From Naegleria gruberi (lineage: Eukaryota): a stretch of DNA of 64,000 nt. The stretch lies in the NCBI GenBank assembly GCA_000004985.1, contig GG738911.1, one strand, 5' to 3'. Positions 24,252 to 34,759 of the stretch are shown here, one piece after another. The notes under the pieces were generated by a model. That model ran no database searches. It was not told the origin of the DNA and was given only the letters and a program-made list of their open reading frames with translations. Made by a program: the position numbers and the translations under genes. Positions within the stretch are counted from its first letter, which is position 1, and each line of letters begins with the position of its first letter.

Positions 24252-27200
24252 ATGAACAGTCAGCAGATCCAAAAACCACAACCAATAAGGACCATCAACA
24301 ACAACAATAACACAAACAGCTCCACCAAAGGAGGGAGCTCTTTAAAATTTGTGGTTCCAAACAACCAGAACAACACTTCAACTATTGAGAACCAGTCCAC
24401 TAACAACATTTCTTCTGAAATACAGGGCTGCAGAAGTGGTGTGAATGGACATGGATGCAGAATGAACAATCCACCGTCCTCCCCTTCATCGTATGTTTCT
24501 TATGATACCAAAACACCATCATCATGTACGGTACATGTAACGTACTTGAATGCAACCTCTCCTTCATCACCCAATAACACAAATAACACATGTGTTGCAA
24601 CTACAACAACAATACAGAATACGAATGCTTCTAATGGCAGCACCGAATCATCATTTAAAAGATTCCCAATTTCTCAATCTCCCTCCGTTATTGATCCTGC
24701 AGTCACCATGCAAGATCACTATTTCCATACGACAATCAAGACTGAAAATGCACAATTTAAGAATAAGTGTCCTTCTGTTTCCCCTAATAATACTACACCT
24801 TCCACTACTCCAAATTCTTATTCTAATACCTTTCAAGATTCTTCTGTAAATCCCCCAAATGACAGCAAGCCAATAGCGACCAGTCAACTATCACATCCTT
24901 ACAATACCTCATACCATAATAATAGTAACCAATCCAGTCTTAACTCTCCATTTGAAACAACAACCCATGTTGAGTATCCGACCATGCAACATTTACCAAC
25001 CTTGTGTTCTATTAACCCTACACAAACAACACCAATATCAAGCAATTCCCAACAAGCACAAACAACACAGTCCTCTCATCTTCACGTTAATCATCAACAA
25101 CAAACACAACAAAAACAAATACCACCCAATAGTTATGCAGCACGCCTATTTTCCATGAATAACAATAATATTCATCATCATCATCAACATCATCACTCAA
25201 CAACAATTAATCCGAATAATATTATTAACAATAGTCAAAGTTCTCCGAATAGTAGTAGTGGTGGTGGTCAACTAATCACTTCAATGAATAATAATTCAAA
25301 TATAACCATGAATAGTCATCATCAACAACAACAACCACAAATAATGAAGAGTGATTTGGGAATGAATAATAACACATGTGGTAATTCATCGAATAATAAT
25401 AGTACGACTGCTTCCATGTCATCTTTACCCACTCCCCAACCCATTCCTATAATGAATAACAACAAGGGAACAACAACAATTAATCATCAACATGATAATT
25501 CCATGTTGCCAAGTCCTATAATGATGACAACCAGTTCCTTTCCTCAGTACAATTCCATGCCGATGAATGTAGTGGCAAATAATTCTACACACCAAATAAT
25601 CACAACAACTGTTAGTGCTACTACATGTGGAGAACGGCATGGTGATAACTCGCCCACAACATGTGGTCACCATGTACAATTATCATCATTATCCAATATT
25701 AATCCATCCAATTCCTCCTCTTCACTGTCATCGAGTATTTCCAGTGGCCATGTGAAAAGTAATACTACACCAAACAATATATTAGAATCCACCCCTTCCT
25801 CACATCAACAACAACAGCAGCAACATGATGGATACAGTAGCACCACAAGTAGCAGTAGCATGTCATTGAAAGCATGCTCTTCGTCGTCAATTCAACAACA
25901 AAATGATGACTTGTCAATTTCCAGCCAACAACCAGAAAGAAAAAAGAAGCGAGTCAACCCACCTCCACCAATAATGAATAGTACAACCGGTCACCATCTG
26001 CCTCCATTTATTCCCATTCAACCACATCCTTCTCTCACACCAACCCATAGAAATCCTCCATCTCCAAACATGCATTCACAGTACCAACAGTTTGCAAAGA
26101 TTGTTCCTTTTGGTGGCATGTCTCAAATGCCAAATGTCGTTGGTCAACCACAACCACCTCCACATGGCATGCCAGTTCCTTTCTATCATAGCTTCACACC
26201 ATTTCCAACACCGATCACACCAACAGGAATTCCTCCAAGAATGTCAAATAGTAATATCATGAATGCAACACCATCTCCAACAACTCCAGTTCCTCTTGCT
26301 TCCTCTCCACAAGGAGATGCAATTTCCTCATCGTCCAGTAATTCAGATGACAGTTCAAGTAATACTCCAACCAATAGCCAACAGCAAAGTGCATCAGCTT
26401 TTCCTACCTCTACTCCTTCTTCACACTACTCGTATGAGATTGTCATTCCAGGAGATTCATGCTCCACAATTATTAAATTGAATGTTGGGTTAACTCTTGA
26501 TAAATTTCATGATATCAGAATGAAAAAGACAATATTTGAAGCTTTCATTGAAAATCAGAAAACTGTCAATGATGGAAGGTCTGGAATTTCAAATGAAACT
26601 CAAAAGATTAGTACTTGGAGGTTGAAACAAGTAGAAATTATTAAGAATATTTGCTTTTTCAGATTTAAATTGTTGGATGATGGAAAACCAGAATCTCCCA
26701 CTGTTGAATTGGACAAAAATGGTTATGAAATTAATGGAAATGCTTTGGCAAAAGTTTGTGAAAGTGGTCCAAGTAGATTGGCTTTTTCACTCGATTCCTA
26801 TGGTAAAAGAGTTTCCAAGAGATTACACAAAGAAAAGCTCGTCACTTGTCCATTTTTGATCACGTTGACAAATGGTACAAAAGATTTTGTAAAGTGTGTT
26901 TGTGTCCATTTGTGTATTAATAAGAGACAAAAGAAAACAGTAATCACTAGAGCAGATTTTGACACGTTACTGCGAGATAAGAGTTATATGGTTTCTCTCA
27001 TTTCTATATACGCAAGTTCAACAAAGAAAAAACCACTTGACGAGGAGTCATTGTCTTCTGATGAGGATGAACAACCACTCAAAATATTAAAAAGGGATCC
27101 CTCTGGCAGTGCTCACACAGAGTTGAGACTTAAACATGGACCTGGCTATATGGTTTCAATTAATAATGTTACCTTGAGATATCCATTTGCAGGTGTTGAT

Positions 27201-27431
27201 CCAGGACCTGTGGATAATTGGAGAGTTAGTTTAAAAGGTTCAGAGGGTGAGATTGATTGTCAAGTTTTAAGTGTTTCTACAGTTGAGTCCGAGAGCAGTT
27301 CATCATTCTCTACTGTTTCCATTTTCTTTGAGCTACCAATAATATCTACTAAGGTGTCAGTTCTGGTAGTCAAGTATAAGAATATTGAACAATCTTCAAA
27401 TGCTGCATTTTACATGATTGACGATAAATAA
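24252..27431 (+). CDS. 1059-aa low-complexity (Asn/Gln/Ser/Thr/His/Pro-rich) protein with a C-terminal globular domain of about 330 aa; function unknown (possibly a nuclear regulator).
   Basis: One uninterrupted ORF. Homopolymeric runs (poly-N, poly-Q, HHHHQHHH). The C-terminal region (about 26430..27431) has ordinary composition and Cys/aromatic residues, suggesting a folded domain. Confidence 0.5.
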   Translation: MNSQQIQKPQPIRTINNNNNTNSSTKGGSSLKFVVPNNQNNTSTIENQSTNNISSEIQGCRSGVNGHGCRMNNPPSSPSSYVSYDTKTPSSCTVHVTYLNATSPSSPNNTNNTCVATTTTIQNTNASNGSTESSFKRFPISQSPSVIDPAVTMQDHYFHTTIKTENAQFKNKCPSVSPNNTTPSTTPNSYSNTFQDSSVNPPNDSKPIATSQLSHPYNTSYHNNSNQSSLNSPFETTTHVEYPTMQHLPTLCSINPTQTTPISSNSQQAQTTQSSHLHVNHQQQTQQKQIPPNSYAARLFSMNNNNIHHHHQHHHSTTINPNNIINNSQSSPNSSSGGGQLITSMNNNSNITMNSHHQQQQPQIMKSDLGMNNNTCGNSSNNNSTTASMSSLPTPQPIPIMNNNKGTTTINHQHDNSMLPSPIMMTTSSFPQYNSMPMNVVANNSTHQIITTTVSATTCGERHGDNSPTTCGHHVQLSSLSNINPSNSSSSLSSSISSGHVKSNTTPNNILESTPSSHQQQQQQHDGYSSTTSSSSMSLKACSSSSIQQQNDDLSISSQQPERKKKRVNPPPPIMNSTTGHHLPPFIPIQPHPSLTPTHRNPPSPNMHSQYQQFAKIVPFGGMSQMPNVVGQPQPPPHGMPVPFYHSFTPFPTPITPTGIPPRMSNSNIMNATPSPTTPVPLASSPQGDAISSSSSNSDDSSSNTPTNSQQQSASAFPTSTPSSHYSYEIVIPGDSCSTIIKLNVGLTLDKFHDIRMKKTIFEAFIENQKTVNDGRSGISNETQKISTWRLKQVEIIKNICFFRFKLLDDGKPESPTVELDKNGYEINGNALAKVCESGPSRLAFSLDSYGKRVSKRLHKEKLVTCPFLITLTNGTKDFVKCVCVHLCINKRQKKTVITRADFDTLLRDKSYMVSLISIYASSTKKKPLDEESLSSDEDEQPLKILKRDPSGSAHTELRLKHGPGYMVSINNVTLRYPFAGVDPGPVDNWRVSLKGSEGEIDCQVLSVSTVESESSSSFSTVSIFFELPIISTKVSVLVVKYKNIEQSSNAAFYMIDDK

Positions 27432-27580
27432 ATAGTGAGAAAAAGACAATTAAATTGATGTAATGACTTCATTTTCTGTTGTAAACGCACAACAGAAAAA
27501 CTGAATTAGGAATTCTAATAGCTTAATTGTCTTTTCAAGAATTAATCAAAATCATGATCATCATCCACTGATGATCATAT

Positions 27581-29128
27581 TTATTTAGTTTTCAGTTTTG
27601 CTTTTGGATTAAAGAAAAAACTATCAGCAGAATTTCCAACATCATACTTGACTCCTGGATCGTTTTCTAAATCTTCACATGATCTATATCTGTGAAATGA
27701 AGGACTTCTCAGTGCTTTTCGTTTCTTACTCTCAAGGGAAGGACTCTCAAAAAAGTTAATATCATTCATTACTTCATCCTCTTGACTTGTTGGAGATTTA
27801 TCAAATGAGGATGAAGAAGAATGAATATTCAAATCTTGTAAACTATTATCATCAAATAAATCAGATGAATCTTCACACATTCCCAGCGTAAAATCATTGA
27901 ATATTTGACTCTTTGTTGATCTTGGTGGAGGTGGCCTCATTAAAGAAAATCCATTCATAAATTCATCATCAGAATTATCACTCTCTAGGATTGTTGGACC
28001 AACAATGGTCGTAGATTTTGATGAGCTTATTGGTGTAATGTGATTAAAGTTAGCTTTGATCGTGGAAGGAAGTTTAAAACTCTTTACAGTGGAGGGACAG
28101 TTATTATTTGATTGATTGAGAGAAAGTGGCGTGGAAGGAGAAGGTGTCTCTAAAAACATTGAGGCAATACTAAAGTGTGAATCGTCAAGGTTTTCATCCA
28201 ATTGTTCTTGTTGTGTTGTAACATCAAAGGCACATTCAAACAGGTTTTTGTACACTGAGGAAGAACCTCTTCTTCCAAGTTTCTTTGTTGGGTTGTGTTT
28301 TTTAGGAGCACTTGGTGGAGGTTTCTCACCCTCTTCATCAGAATCATTCATGAAAATGTTCATATTATGATCGCTCTTACGTGTTGGTGATCTATCAGCT
28401 GTGGTAACATTTCTCAATTGATTTTCCTTAGTATATAATTGAGGTGTTGAAAAATTGAAACTCTTATTAGATAGAGCACTACCTAGACGATTTGCATGAT
28501 AACTGCTTCCATTGCTACTAATACTACTTAAACCAGCAGAGGAAGAGATTGATTGATTGGAGGAAGGTACAAAATTATTAATACGGGAAATATCAGGTGT
28601 GAATGGTGTGGAATACAGAGTTGGAGATACAGATTGCAAATTGGATGAAACTGGTCGAATGGGCGTTGAGCTAAATGCTAATCCATTCTGTTGTACCAAT
28701 TGTGGAGGTGATGGAGTAAATATCGAGTGATGATTACTTCTTCTTCTTGAAGATTGATTCGACTTGATTACACTGCTTATTTCAGTTGGTTTTTTAAAGG
28801 AAAATTCCAAGTGTTGAAAAGCAGATGAATTACTATGACAACTCTGTTCGCTGCTTGGAGTGGAATGCCAATGTAGAGGTGGACTATGTGATGATGATTC
28901 TAAAGAGGAGGGTGGAGAGGATGTACAAGGAGATCCCATCGTAAAGTTTGAAAAGGGAGAAAATATATGTGATTCAAAGGCTTGTTGGTGATTTTGTTGG
29001 GAGGAGGGTGTTTGTGGAAGTTTATAGGGATTATGTTGTTGAATCATTATAGAGGAGGAGGATGATGTTGTGTTGTTGCTGGTACCACCAACAAATGGCG
29101 AGGATGATGTTGATGGTGGTGGTAACAT
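27581..29128 (-). CDS. Ser-rich low-complexity protein (515 aa), function unknown.
   Basis: Intact ORF with ATG; S/P/N-rich; no motifs recognised. Confidence 0.4.
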   Translation of the reverse strand: MLPPPSTSSSPFVGGTSNNTTSSSSSIMIQQHNPYKLPQTPSSQQNHQQAFESHIFSPFSNFTMGSPCTSSPPSSLESSSHSPPLHWHSTPSSEQSCHSNSSAFQHLEFSFKKPTEISSVIKSNQSSRRRSNHHSIFTPSPPQLVQQNGLAFSSTPIRPVSSNLQSVSPTLYSTPFTPDISRINNFVPSSNQSISSSAGLSSISSNGSSYHANRLGSALSNKSFNFSTPQLYTKENQLRNVTTADRSPTRKSDHNMNIFMNDSDEEGEKPPPSAPKKHNPTKKLGRRGSSSVYKNLFECAFDVTTQQEQLDENLDDSHFSIASMFLETPSPSTPLSLNQSNNNCPSTVKSFKLPSTIKANFNHITPISSSKSTTIVGPTILESDNSDDEFMNGFSLMRPPPPRSTKSQIFNDFTLGMCEDSSDLFDDNSLQDLNIHSSSSSFDKSPTSQEDEVMNDINFFESPSLESKKRKALRSPSFHRYRSCEDLENDPGVKYDVGNSADSFFFNPKAKLKTK

Positions 29129-29232
29129 TTTTTTTTATTTTAAATTTGTGAATTTAACGACTGTTTGGCGCGTTTGATTTTGGCGGGAATATTTTTCTTT
29201 GCTTAACTAATACCATTATTTATGATAATTCT

Positions 29233-31053
29233 TTAAACTTCTTCATCTTCCAAGAGGGATGAGGAGGATGCATTGGAATGATTGTTAGAATTGAAGAGAA
29301 TCAAATCCTTGATGGCCTCCTCTTGAGAATTGTATGAATATTTGGTGGAATTATCATTTTCCAATAAGCCAACATGGAATGTGATTGCTTCCCTTACAGT
29401 TTCAATCTTCTTGAGTAGTGGTTTCATGTAGCCAATAAATACCTCCAACAGCACGGATGCAACCTCAGAATCTTGTGTTTCCAATGGTGGTACTGTTTCA
29501 CTATTTGATTTCTTCTTTTCCAATAAACCTCTACACTTGAGAATGGCATTGAGAAAGTAGGATGTCTTTTCATTCTTACAAACCTCCTTAGCAATATTAA
29601 CAAAGAGAATGTTGGTATTTTTCTCTTCTGAATCCTTCATGGCCATCTCAATCTTCTTGACCAAGCTCATCATGTAGTCGATTGTCCTGTTCAAGTGATA
29701 GAGAACCTTATCGTTGAATTCCTCTAATCTGGCTTTGTGATCGAGAGAATGCACGTGTGGAAGGACATCATCTAGTTTGTTATCGAAAATCATGAACCAA
29801 ATTCTGCCTTCTCTCATCGATTCGGTAATTAACATTTCATTGGTCTTGTGAATGTTCAAATACCAATCAGATTTGATTTTGTACATGTACCCATTTGATA
29901 AAACCATGACATATCCTTCATGACCCTTCTCATCCTCTATTGCTTTCTTAATTCCTTTCATATCTGTTTGTGAGATGATTTCTGGATTTTCACAAGATTT
30001 GACACATTCAATTCCATACCCTTTACAAGAACTTTTCATTTCTTCGTACGGAATGAATGATCCCAAAATTGTATGTCTCAAGGCGAGCAATGAAATGAAT
30101 GGCTTATTTCCGTAATTTACAACAACTCTGTGATCAGGTGAAAAATATTCGAATAGTGGTGTGTAACCTCTATTCATCCACTCGACACAAAATTTCACTA
30201 ATTGGGCGTATGATCCCTTATCTTTCAATTGATCCTCCAATGAATGCATTCCAAAATCAATTACAAACGGTATGTCTCTAGTTGATTCACATTCTCTTCC
30301 ATCCTTGACAGATTCAATTGCAAAGAGTGGAAGCTTGGATTCGTGTAATTTCTTTCTCTTCTCATGATATTCCCTGTTGATCTCATCTTGTTCTGAAACA
30401 TCACTCGATTGCCCCTTTACAAGATTCAATTTTTCCAATTCATATACAAATTCCTCAATGGATTGAGAGTGATCATTCTGATAGTCCAACTTGGTTCTAA
30501 ACCTCAATCTGAAATGTTTCTTCTCTCCAGAATCATCCTTCAAAAATTCAATGATAGGAGTGCACAAACTACCATCCAATTTTTCCAATAATGTGAAAGG
30601 TCTCTCCTTTCCAGTTTTCTTTTTCAATTCACTGATCAATTTTTCAATAATTTTAAAATTGGTTTCTTCCTTTTCATCCACATTGAAGAATTTTGGCATG
30701 GAACGACCAACAATTCTCCTACTTTCTCTATCAAAGCACAGTCCACGAATTTCTCTTCTCAACAACCTTCTTTCAATTTCCTCATAGGAATCCAAATTAA
30801 TATTCAACTGTTTTGTATTCTCATCAATGAGATGAGGAATGAAGGGGAAACTATCACTTGACACCACTTTATAACTCACAAATGTAAAGTCATTATTCGA
30901 TTGAATGACAAATCCCCTTGTTGTTCCGATATTTTCAATCACTTGATCCAAGGTTTCTATTCTTGGATAGATGAGTGGTTCACTGGCAGAAAAAGGAGCC
31001 TCTCTCTTCATATCAGTGTTGGTGTGGGTAATTGCAGTATTAAATGCTGACAT
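29233..31053 (-). CDS. ATP-dependent RNA ligase (Rnl)-like nucleotidyltransferase (606 aa).
   Basis: Covalent nucleotidyltransferase motifs in the correct order: motif I 'LEKLDGSLC' (KxDG adenylation lysine), motif IV 'HEGYVMV', motif V 'MYKIKSDWY' (K-x-K). No P-loop kinase or 2H phosphoesterase modules seen downstream. Confidence 0.6.
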   Translation of the reverse strand: MSAFNTAITHTNTDMKREAPFSASEPLIYPRIETLDQVIENIGTTRGFVIQSNNDFTFVSYKVVSSDSFPFIPHLIDENTKQLNINLDSYEEIERRLLRREIRGLCFDRESRRIVGRSMPKFFNVDEKEETNFKIIEKLISELKKKTGKERPFTLLEKLDGSLCTPIIEFLKDDSGEKKHFRLRFRTKLDYQNDHSQSIEEFVYELEKLNLVKGQSSDVSEQDEINREYHEKRKKLHESKLPLFAIESVKDGRECESTRDIPFVIDFGMHSLEDQLKDKGSYAQLVKFCVEWMNRGYTPLFEYFSPDHRVVVNYGNKPFISLLALRHTILGSFIPYEEMKSSCKGYGIECVKSCENPEIISQTDMKGIKKAIEDEKGHEGYVMVLSNGYMYKIKSDWYLNIHKTNEMLITESMREGRIWFMIFDNKLDDVLPHVHSLDHKARLEEFNDKVLYHLNRTIDYMMSLVKKIEMAMKDSEEKNTNILFVNIAKEVCKNEKTSYFLNAILKCRGLLEKKKSNSETVPPLETQDSEVASVLLEVFIGYMKPLLKKIETVREAITFHVGLLENDNSTKYSYNSQEEAIKDLILFNSNNHSNASSSSLLEDEEV

Positions 31054-31106
31054 TTTTTTTAAAGTTCACTCTTGAATTTGCACTGACTACTGTAATTTTA
31101 TTTCAT

Positions 31107-33107
31107 CTAAAATTGCGTATTGTAATCTTCTGGATAATCATGTCCTGGTGGAATGTTTTTGCTATCATCGTCCTGGGATTTAAAGAGGAGAGTGTGGCTC
31201 TTTACATTACTTGCAATTGCTTTACATTCTTGATAGAAGAAAATGGAATGGAGCATGTGAAAATGAAAATAGAGATCTACCTCTTTGGTTGGCATTACTC
31301 GTCGATTTTCTTGGAGGAATTGAATGTAAGTACTCTTTTGGCCGATATCTGCCTGTGAAAGCTGGAATATATGCTCATCAAGGAATAATTCCAAATACTT
31401 GACTTGCTCTTTCACATCTTTGACTTGAGCCATTTCTTCTGAAAGACTATTATAGAAGAAGAGCTTGGGATTAAATGGATGGTGTGTTGGCAAGGCAATA
31501 CCATTTCCTTCTGAAGATAGTAAATGTAAATAGTCAATTTCAAGATCTTTTGGAAATTCACATGAGCTGAAATTGGCATGTTGATTCAAATTATTTCTAT
31601 TTTCAAGTATTTTTGTAAAATTCAAAGGAATTAAATCAGAGGGGCAATTACTGTAGTAATCATCCAATAGAATAAAGTGAAGTCCAATTAAAACATCATC
31701 TGGTGCAAAATCAAAACACTTGTGCTTTGATTCATTCAAGAAATGTTTCGCCTTTTCCATCATCTTTTCAAAATACCACACCTGATCTGGATCTTGGGAT
31801 AATATTAATAGTGAGTCATTCAATTTTTTTGTAATATCCTTTAAAAATTGAAGATAAAGAGGCAATCCTTTTTCAAAATTAATGGAAGAGCTCAGGAATG
31901 GTGAATAAATTATTGATTTAAAGAATGAACCCTCACTCTTCTCAAAAGGAATGCTGTTTGTTACATTTGCATAGGATGTCGTTTTTGAAATTGTTATAAT
32001 CTTTTTTCGTTTCTGTTCAATAAAACTCAACACTGTTTCGTTTTCTATCAACATTGCTGGATCAAGAATGAATAAAGTTTCTCCCGTTTTCTTGAAAGAT
32101 GATGCAGCTTGATACATTTCATACTTGTAATATTCAAGAAAAATCATTCCACTCAACAGATAAAATTCAATACACGATTCAGTTTGATGTATCATCATTA
32201 AATATTTCACATCTTTCGAATCTAAAATGATATTATTCTTTTTGAAAAAGTGAATCATTCTTCCTCCAAATATTTGACTGCCACCTTCTTGGTTGTAAAT
32301 AATTAGTTCATGAAATTGAGGAGAAACTGAGGCAACAACATTAATCAACTCGACACTATCTATAAATTCAAATATACTACACAACACATTCTCAACCTCA
32401 CATAAAATTTGAAATGGATTCGTCTTCTTTTTCGATTTGAAAAACGAAAAGAAATTAAATAATTTCGTTCGTTTTTTCCATGGCCTCATACTTCTGCGCC
32501 TTCCCTTCACGTTATTTACCAACATGGAAGGCAAACTAGTAGAAATAAATCGTTCCAAACAAGCCAATTTAAGTGCCTCATTATTATTTCCATATCCATA
32601 ACTTCCAACACCAACAATCATTCCATCAAAATTAAAAGCCACCTTTCCACAATTAAAATCCACAACTATTGATCGTCTACACAACTCCAAATTATCAATC
32701 ATTGCATTGCCATCCTCATCATAACTATAATTCACAAATTGATTAAGTGGATCAAATCTCAAGTCATCATCAGAATCTGATACTTTACATCGATTCGGAA
32801 CAAACCAACCATTAATTTCCTCCTCACCAATCCAAACAATAAACATTCTCCTAATTTTCAATGCATATTTCCCTTTCAATAGCAAATGATTGGAGAGAGA
32901 AATTCTCTCCGATCTGTAACCATAGTGATAGACAGTCAATTCATTATTAATTTGCTCGATGGATGATTTTTGAGAATTAATTTGATGAATATTGTTATCA
33001 TCATTGGTCAATCCAAGGATAATGGCAAGGACCTCGATTATGCTCTCCCTGGAAATTGTATTGAGTGCTGTGGATCCGTAATCAAAGCTTCCACCACGAC
33101 AAGGCAT
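31107..33107 (-). CDS. F-box-like protein (666 aa) with an N-terminal domain of unknown function.
   Basis: Internal F-box-like segment 'FQILCEVENVLCSIFEFIDSVELINVVASVSPQFHELI'. Otherwise unrecognised. Divergently paired with the DUF4116 gene at 33287. Confidence 0.5.
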   Translation of the reverse strand: MPCRGGSFDYGSTALNTISRESIIEVLAIILGLTNDDNNIHQINSQKSSIEQINNELTVYHYGYRSERISLSNHLLLKGKYALKIRRMFIVWIGEEEINGWFVPNRCKVSDSDDDLRFDPLNQFVNYSYDEDGNAMIDNLELCRRSIVVDFNCGKVAFNFDGMIVGVGSYGYGNNNEALKLACLERFISTSLPSMLVNNVKGRRRSMRPWKKRTKLFNFFSFFKSKKKTNPFQILCEVENVLCSIFEFIDSVELINVVASVSPQFHELIIYNQEGGSQIFGGRMIHFFKKNNIILDSKDVKYLMMIHQTESCIEFYLLSGMIFLEYYKYEMYQAASSFKKTGETLFILDPAMLIENETVLSFIEQKRKKIITISKTTSYANVTNSIPFEKSEGSFFKSIIYSPFLSSSINFEKGLPLYLQFLKDITKKLNDSLLILSQDPDQVWYFEKMMEKAKHFLNESKHKCFDFAPDDVLIGLHFILLDDYYSNCPSDLIPLNFTKILENRNNLNQHANFSSCEFPKDLEIDYLHLLSSEGNGIALPTHHPFNPKLFFYNSLSEEMAQVKDVKEQVKYLELFLDEHIFQLSQADIGQKSTYIQFLQENRRVMPTKEVDLYFHFHMLHSIFFYQECKAIASNVKSHTLLFKSQDDDSKNIPPGHDYPEDYNTQF

Positions 33108-33286
33108 TTTTTTTTAGTAAAGTTCTGTTTACAATAAAATTAGTATCTTTAATATTTAATATAGCCTTTTTGTAAACTTTACAATAAAGATTATTGATTG
33201 TTATTGGATGCACTTTTCAAATTGCAACTAGAATTATTTACAAGTTCCAAGTTCATTTGGTCAACTAAAGAAAATACCAAAAAAAA
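33108..33286. promoter_or_regulatory. 179-bp bidirectional promoter between the F-box-like gene (minus) and the DUF4116 gene (plus).
   Basis: Start codons at 33107 (minus) and 33287 (plus); AT-rich and ORF-free. Confidence 0.4.
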
Positions 33287-34489
33287 ATGCAAACACTTCT
33301 CTTAGATCAATCATTTCAATCCAATTTACTCTCCACTAAAATCAGAGACATTCCTCACCATTTAAAATACCAAACAATCATAGCTCCGATCGTCTCCGGA
33401 GGTTCCGAACATTTAAAGGAAACCATTAAATTTCTCGATACAAGACGAGATTGGTTTACAATTCTCAAATTTATGAATGAACACAATTCGGGTCATAATC
33501 CATTCAGCAATGTTTCCATCAGTTCATTGGGATTTAAATATTCACTAAGTAGCCGCCATGAATTATTTGAAATTTACATCAATTTGGGAAAGGAATTGAA
33601 ATTTGATTCAAATTTTATATTTCAAATAGTTGGAATTAGTCCTGGATTTATTTATAATAATTCTAATGAAGTTATTAGAAATGATAGAGAAGTTGTGTTG
33701 AGATCTGTTAAGGGAGTTGGTTCTATGCTTAGTATTGCTTCTGATAGATTGAAAGATGACAGAGAAATAGTTATGGCAGCTGTCAAGCAAGATGGTGGAA
33801 GTTTAAGATATGCAAATGATAGATTTAAGAGTGATAGAGAACTTGTCCTGTCAGCAGTCAAATCAAGTGGTCATGCTCTTCAATCCGTTCATGAATCATT
33901 AAGGAATGATAGGGAAATTGTAGAGTTGGCAATTTCACATTGTTGGTCATTTCTAGGGAGTGCAGGCGAGGAAATGAAAAACGACAGAGAAATTGTAATG
34001 AAGGCCGTAATGAGAAATGAACAAGGAAGTGCCTTTCAATATGCTAGCAGAGAATTGAAACTAGATAAGAAGTTTGTTTTGGAGGTTGTCAGAAAAAGTA
34101 AGGGATTTGCACTTGAATATGCTCTTGAAGAATTAATTAAGGATAGGGAATTTCTTGTTGAAATATTGGAAATTCCTGAAAGATCTTCCACGGCTATATA
34201 TTCTATAGCGAGATTTATTAAGGATGATAGAGATTTGATATTACTAACTGCTAAATATGATGGATTTATAATCAAATATATTAATGAGGAGTTTAAGAAG
34301 GATAAGGAGATTGTATTTGAAGCTGTCAGTCAAAATATCAATGTTTTTCAACATATTGACAAGTCATTAAGGGATGACAAGGAATTTGTGTTGAGATTGG
34401 CAAGGAAAAATTCAAAGATTATTCAATTTTTGACCAAATCAATGAAGAAAGATCATGAATTTATGTCTCAAATCAATAAATTGAAATAG
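33287..34489 (+). CDS. DUF4116-like repeat protein (400 aa).
   Basis: At least eight tandem 36-38-aa repeats of the type 'NDREVVLRSVKGVGSMLSIASDRLKDDREIVMAAVKQDGGSLRYANDRFKSDRELVLSAVKSSGHALQSVHESLRNDREIVELAIS…'. Confidence 0.65.
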   Translation: MQTLLLDQSFQSNLLSTKIRDIPHHLKYQTIIAPIVSGGSEHLKETIKFLDTRRDWFTILKFMNEHNSGHNPFSNVSISSLGFKYSLSSRHELFEIYINLGKELKFDSNFIFQIVGISPGFIYNNSNEVIRNDREVVLRSVKGVGSMLSIASDRLKDDREIVMAAVKQDGGSLRYANDRFKSDRELVLSAVKSSGHALQSVHESLRNDREIVELAISHCWSFLGSAGEEMKNDREIVMKAVMRNEQGSAFQYASRELKLDKKFVLEVVRKSKGFALEYALEELIKDREFLVEILEIPERSSTAIYSIARFIKDDRDLILLTAKYDGFIIKYINEEFKKDKEIVFEAVSQNINVFQHIDKSLRDDKEFVLRLARKNSKIIQFLTKSMKKDHEFMSQINKLK

Positions 34490-34513
34490 ATTGATTAGTA
34501 AACTTGGTCAAAA

Positions 34514-34586
34514 CAGATACAAGAGGAATCGAACCTCTGACCTGCAGATTTGGAGTCTACTGCTCTCCCTGCTGAGCTACACATCT
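34514..34586 (-). tRNA. tRNA-Trp (anticodon CCA), 73 nt.
   Basis: Cloverleaf folded by hand: D-arm GCTC/AGCAGGGA/GAGC; anticodon stem GTAGA/TCTGC with loop CTCCAAA (U33, CCA, A37); T-arm AGAGG/TTCGATT/CCTCT. A TTTT Pol III terminator follows immediately (plus 34510..34513). The acceptor stem has three consecutive G-U pairs (5-68, 6-67, 7-66), hence reduced confidence. Confidence 0.6.
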
Positions 34587-34759
34587 GTTAATTTGAAATT
34601 TAAAATATTTGAGTGTATGACAAAACTGGAAATCCATAGTAAATTTCAAAGTGCATCAAATTTTATTGTGTGACAGAACACAGTAGGGTGTTCTATCGAA
34701 TATTTGTAAATAAATTAAGTTTCTTAGGTTTCCATTAGGTGGTTAGAAGAGTAATATCT

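Noticed and set aside
34514-34586. Alternative 5' boundary for tRNA-Trp (ACAGATG acceptor).
   Set aside because: It breaks the D-stem register (GCTC/GAGC must occupy 10-13/22-25). The AGATGTG start was kept despite the G-U pairs.
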